Positions 62,591-64,000 of a stretch of DNA of 64,000 nucleotides are shown piece by piece. The position numbers were made by a program, and so were the translations under genes. Under the pieces are notes generated by a model. That model searched no databases. It was not told where the DNA came from and saw nothing but the letters and a program-made list of their open reading frames with translations. Source of the stretch: Schmidtea nova (taxonomy: Eukaryota); contig CM097882.1 in NCBI GenBank assembly GCA_044892505.1, forward strand, positions 461,528,001-461,592,000. The letters are read 5' to 3'. Each line of letters begins with the position of its first letter. The stretch's first letter is position 1.

Positions 62591-64000
62591 CCGTGTTTCC
62601 CCGAAATTAAGCCCCGGACTTAAATATATATATTTTTTTAAATTTGGCAAAAATACAATTAGGGCTTAATTTCGGGAGGTTTTCTATTTTATGGAATAAA
62701 AATAAACTTTTAAAAATTATACAAATATTCAAAATAAAAAGTTAATCAATTATAATGTTTTTATTCTAGTACAACCATATCATCTTCTTCTAAAACATTG
62801 TCTTGATCATTTACAATTGAAAAATCAGCAGGCCTTGTTAGCGATTCTAACTCCCTTAAATCAACGGACCAAAAAGTTCATGTTTAGCAATTGCTGAAGT
62901 CTCGAATGAAAAGGATCTGTCCAAATAACCGGCACGTAAAGAGTTGAAAACGCATTCATTTGTGATTTTACTCCAAGCTGCTTTTACCCAACCAACAACA
63001 TCCTGTAATTTAGGTTTTAGATAATTACCTTTCACATTACGTTCTCTTTTGGTTTCAATATAGATGTTAATTTCTTCCCTAAGATGATTTTTAAATGGCC
63101 TATCTATGCCAATATCCAAACTTTGTAAATATGCTGTCATGCCGGATGGAATCATGACTTGATCAATATTCTGATTCGAGAGATACTCTTTTATTGTTTT
63201 AGCTCGGTGTGTACTGGCAGAGTCCCACACCAGTAGTTTCTTTTGATTGTGCCATAAAACTGGTGGAAACATCAAATTGATCCATTTTGTAATAACATCT
63301 TGGGTACACCAAGCTTTTTCAGTTTCTAAGACGTAAATTCCTGAAATACAATTGATCATTTCCCTTTTTCCTTTCGTAATCAGCACAGGAGTTAATTTCT
63401 TGTCATTAAAATCAATGGCAAGAATACATGTAACTCTTGTACTTTCATACCCGGTTCATGGAATACTGATCGACGTAGCCCCTTTTCAATCAATTGTTGT
63501 TTGTACAGTCTGGCCAAAAAAATACCGATGTTTCGTCCATAGCAATTATATTTGATGGTTGATATTGTGCAAAATTTAAATTATCCATGAATGTTTTAAA
63601 AGATAATGTTTGTTTGATGATTTCCACGTCATCCAGCTTAAATAATGTCGTTGACCTTCTTAAATACAGTTCGTATCTGGTTAGAAATCCATCAATCCAG
63701 TGTTGTGAAGCTTTGAACTTATCTAAAGAGATATTAAACTGTGGTGCTAACTGAATCGGCTCGTTGTTGTAAAATCCATTCGAAAATCATATCTTCCAAT
63801 TCATTATATAACGGTTTCCTTCCTGCACCAACAAGTCGGACTTTTAAATTTCCAGCCTCTTTTTGTTGAATGAGATTGTCATATTCTTTTCTCCATCGTC
63901 GAACCATCCTCAAATCAAGATTCTTCTCATTACAAAATGTTGTTAAACATTTTTCCCTTGATTCTTCTACAATATTTATTTTATATTCAAATGAATAGCT
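62591..64000 (-). mobile_element. pogo-family DNA transposon (DDE_1), frameshifted, runs off the window
   Basis: TA|CCGTGTTTCCCCGAAATTAAG terminus; KAWCTQ, LLVWDSASTH, IPSGMTAYLQSLDIGIDRPFK; upstream FKASQHWIDGFLTRYEL (CENP-B HTH-like). Confidence 0.88.

Noticed and set aside
34839-64000. Upstream receptor exon with first zinc finger/P-box
   Set aside because: Manual scan found no CExCK-donor pattern on the minus strand; a short or diverged exon could have been missed.

Overview
AT-rich animal (eukaryotic) genomic DNA with four assembly gaps; a planarian-type flatworm is plausible but is inference. The one host gene I can support is a minus-strand nuclear hormone receptor. Four phase-compatible GT-AG exons (34838-34694, 10319-10024, 5042-4631, 1563-1262) splice into 384 codons plus stop: second zinc finger of a DBD, a SRIGRQPNAVK box, hinge and a complete LBD with AF-2. 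I found no exon carrying the first zinc finger/P-box, so the 5' end probably lies beyond 64 kb. Its introns (3.1, 5.0, 24.4 and probably >29 kb) are packed with nested transposons: hAT (Buster, Tip100, hobo/ZBED types), Tc1/IS630, mariner, pogo/Tigger, piggyBac, Merlin, Penelope-like, probable Polinton and probable Mutator remnants. Highlights: an apparently intact minimal hammerhead ribozyme on the pre-mRNA strand inside a ~350-bp inverted repeat (plus four decayed copies); an open chimeric ORF joining a proteasome alpha-3/PSMA4 fragment to an unrelated acidic tail; an actin pseudogene; an intact DD34E transposon with identical 148-bp TIRs built from 21-bp repeats; a GC-richer hAT with an open but internally deleted transposase; and a CRISPR-looking motif/spacer array best explained as a transposon end. 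I cannot show a wholly new biological system; the ribozyme/inverted-repeat module and the PSMA4 chimera are the best leads.
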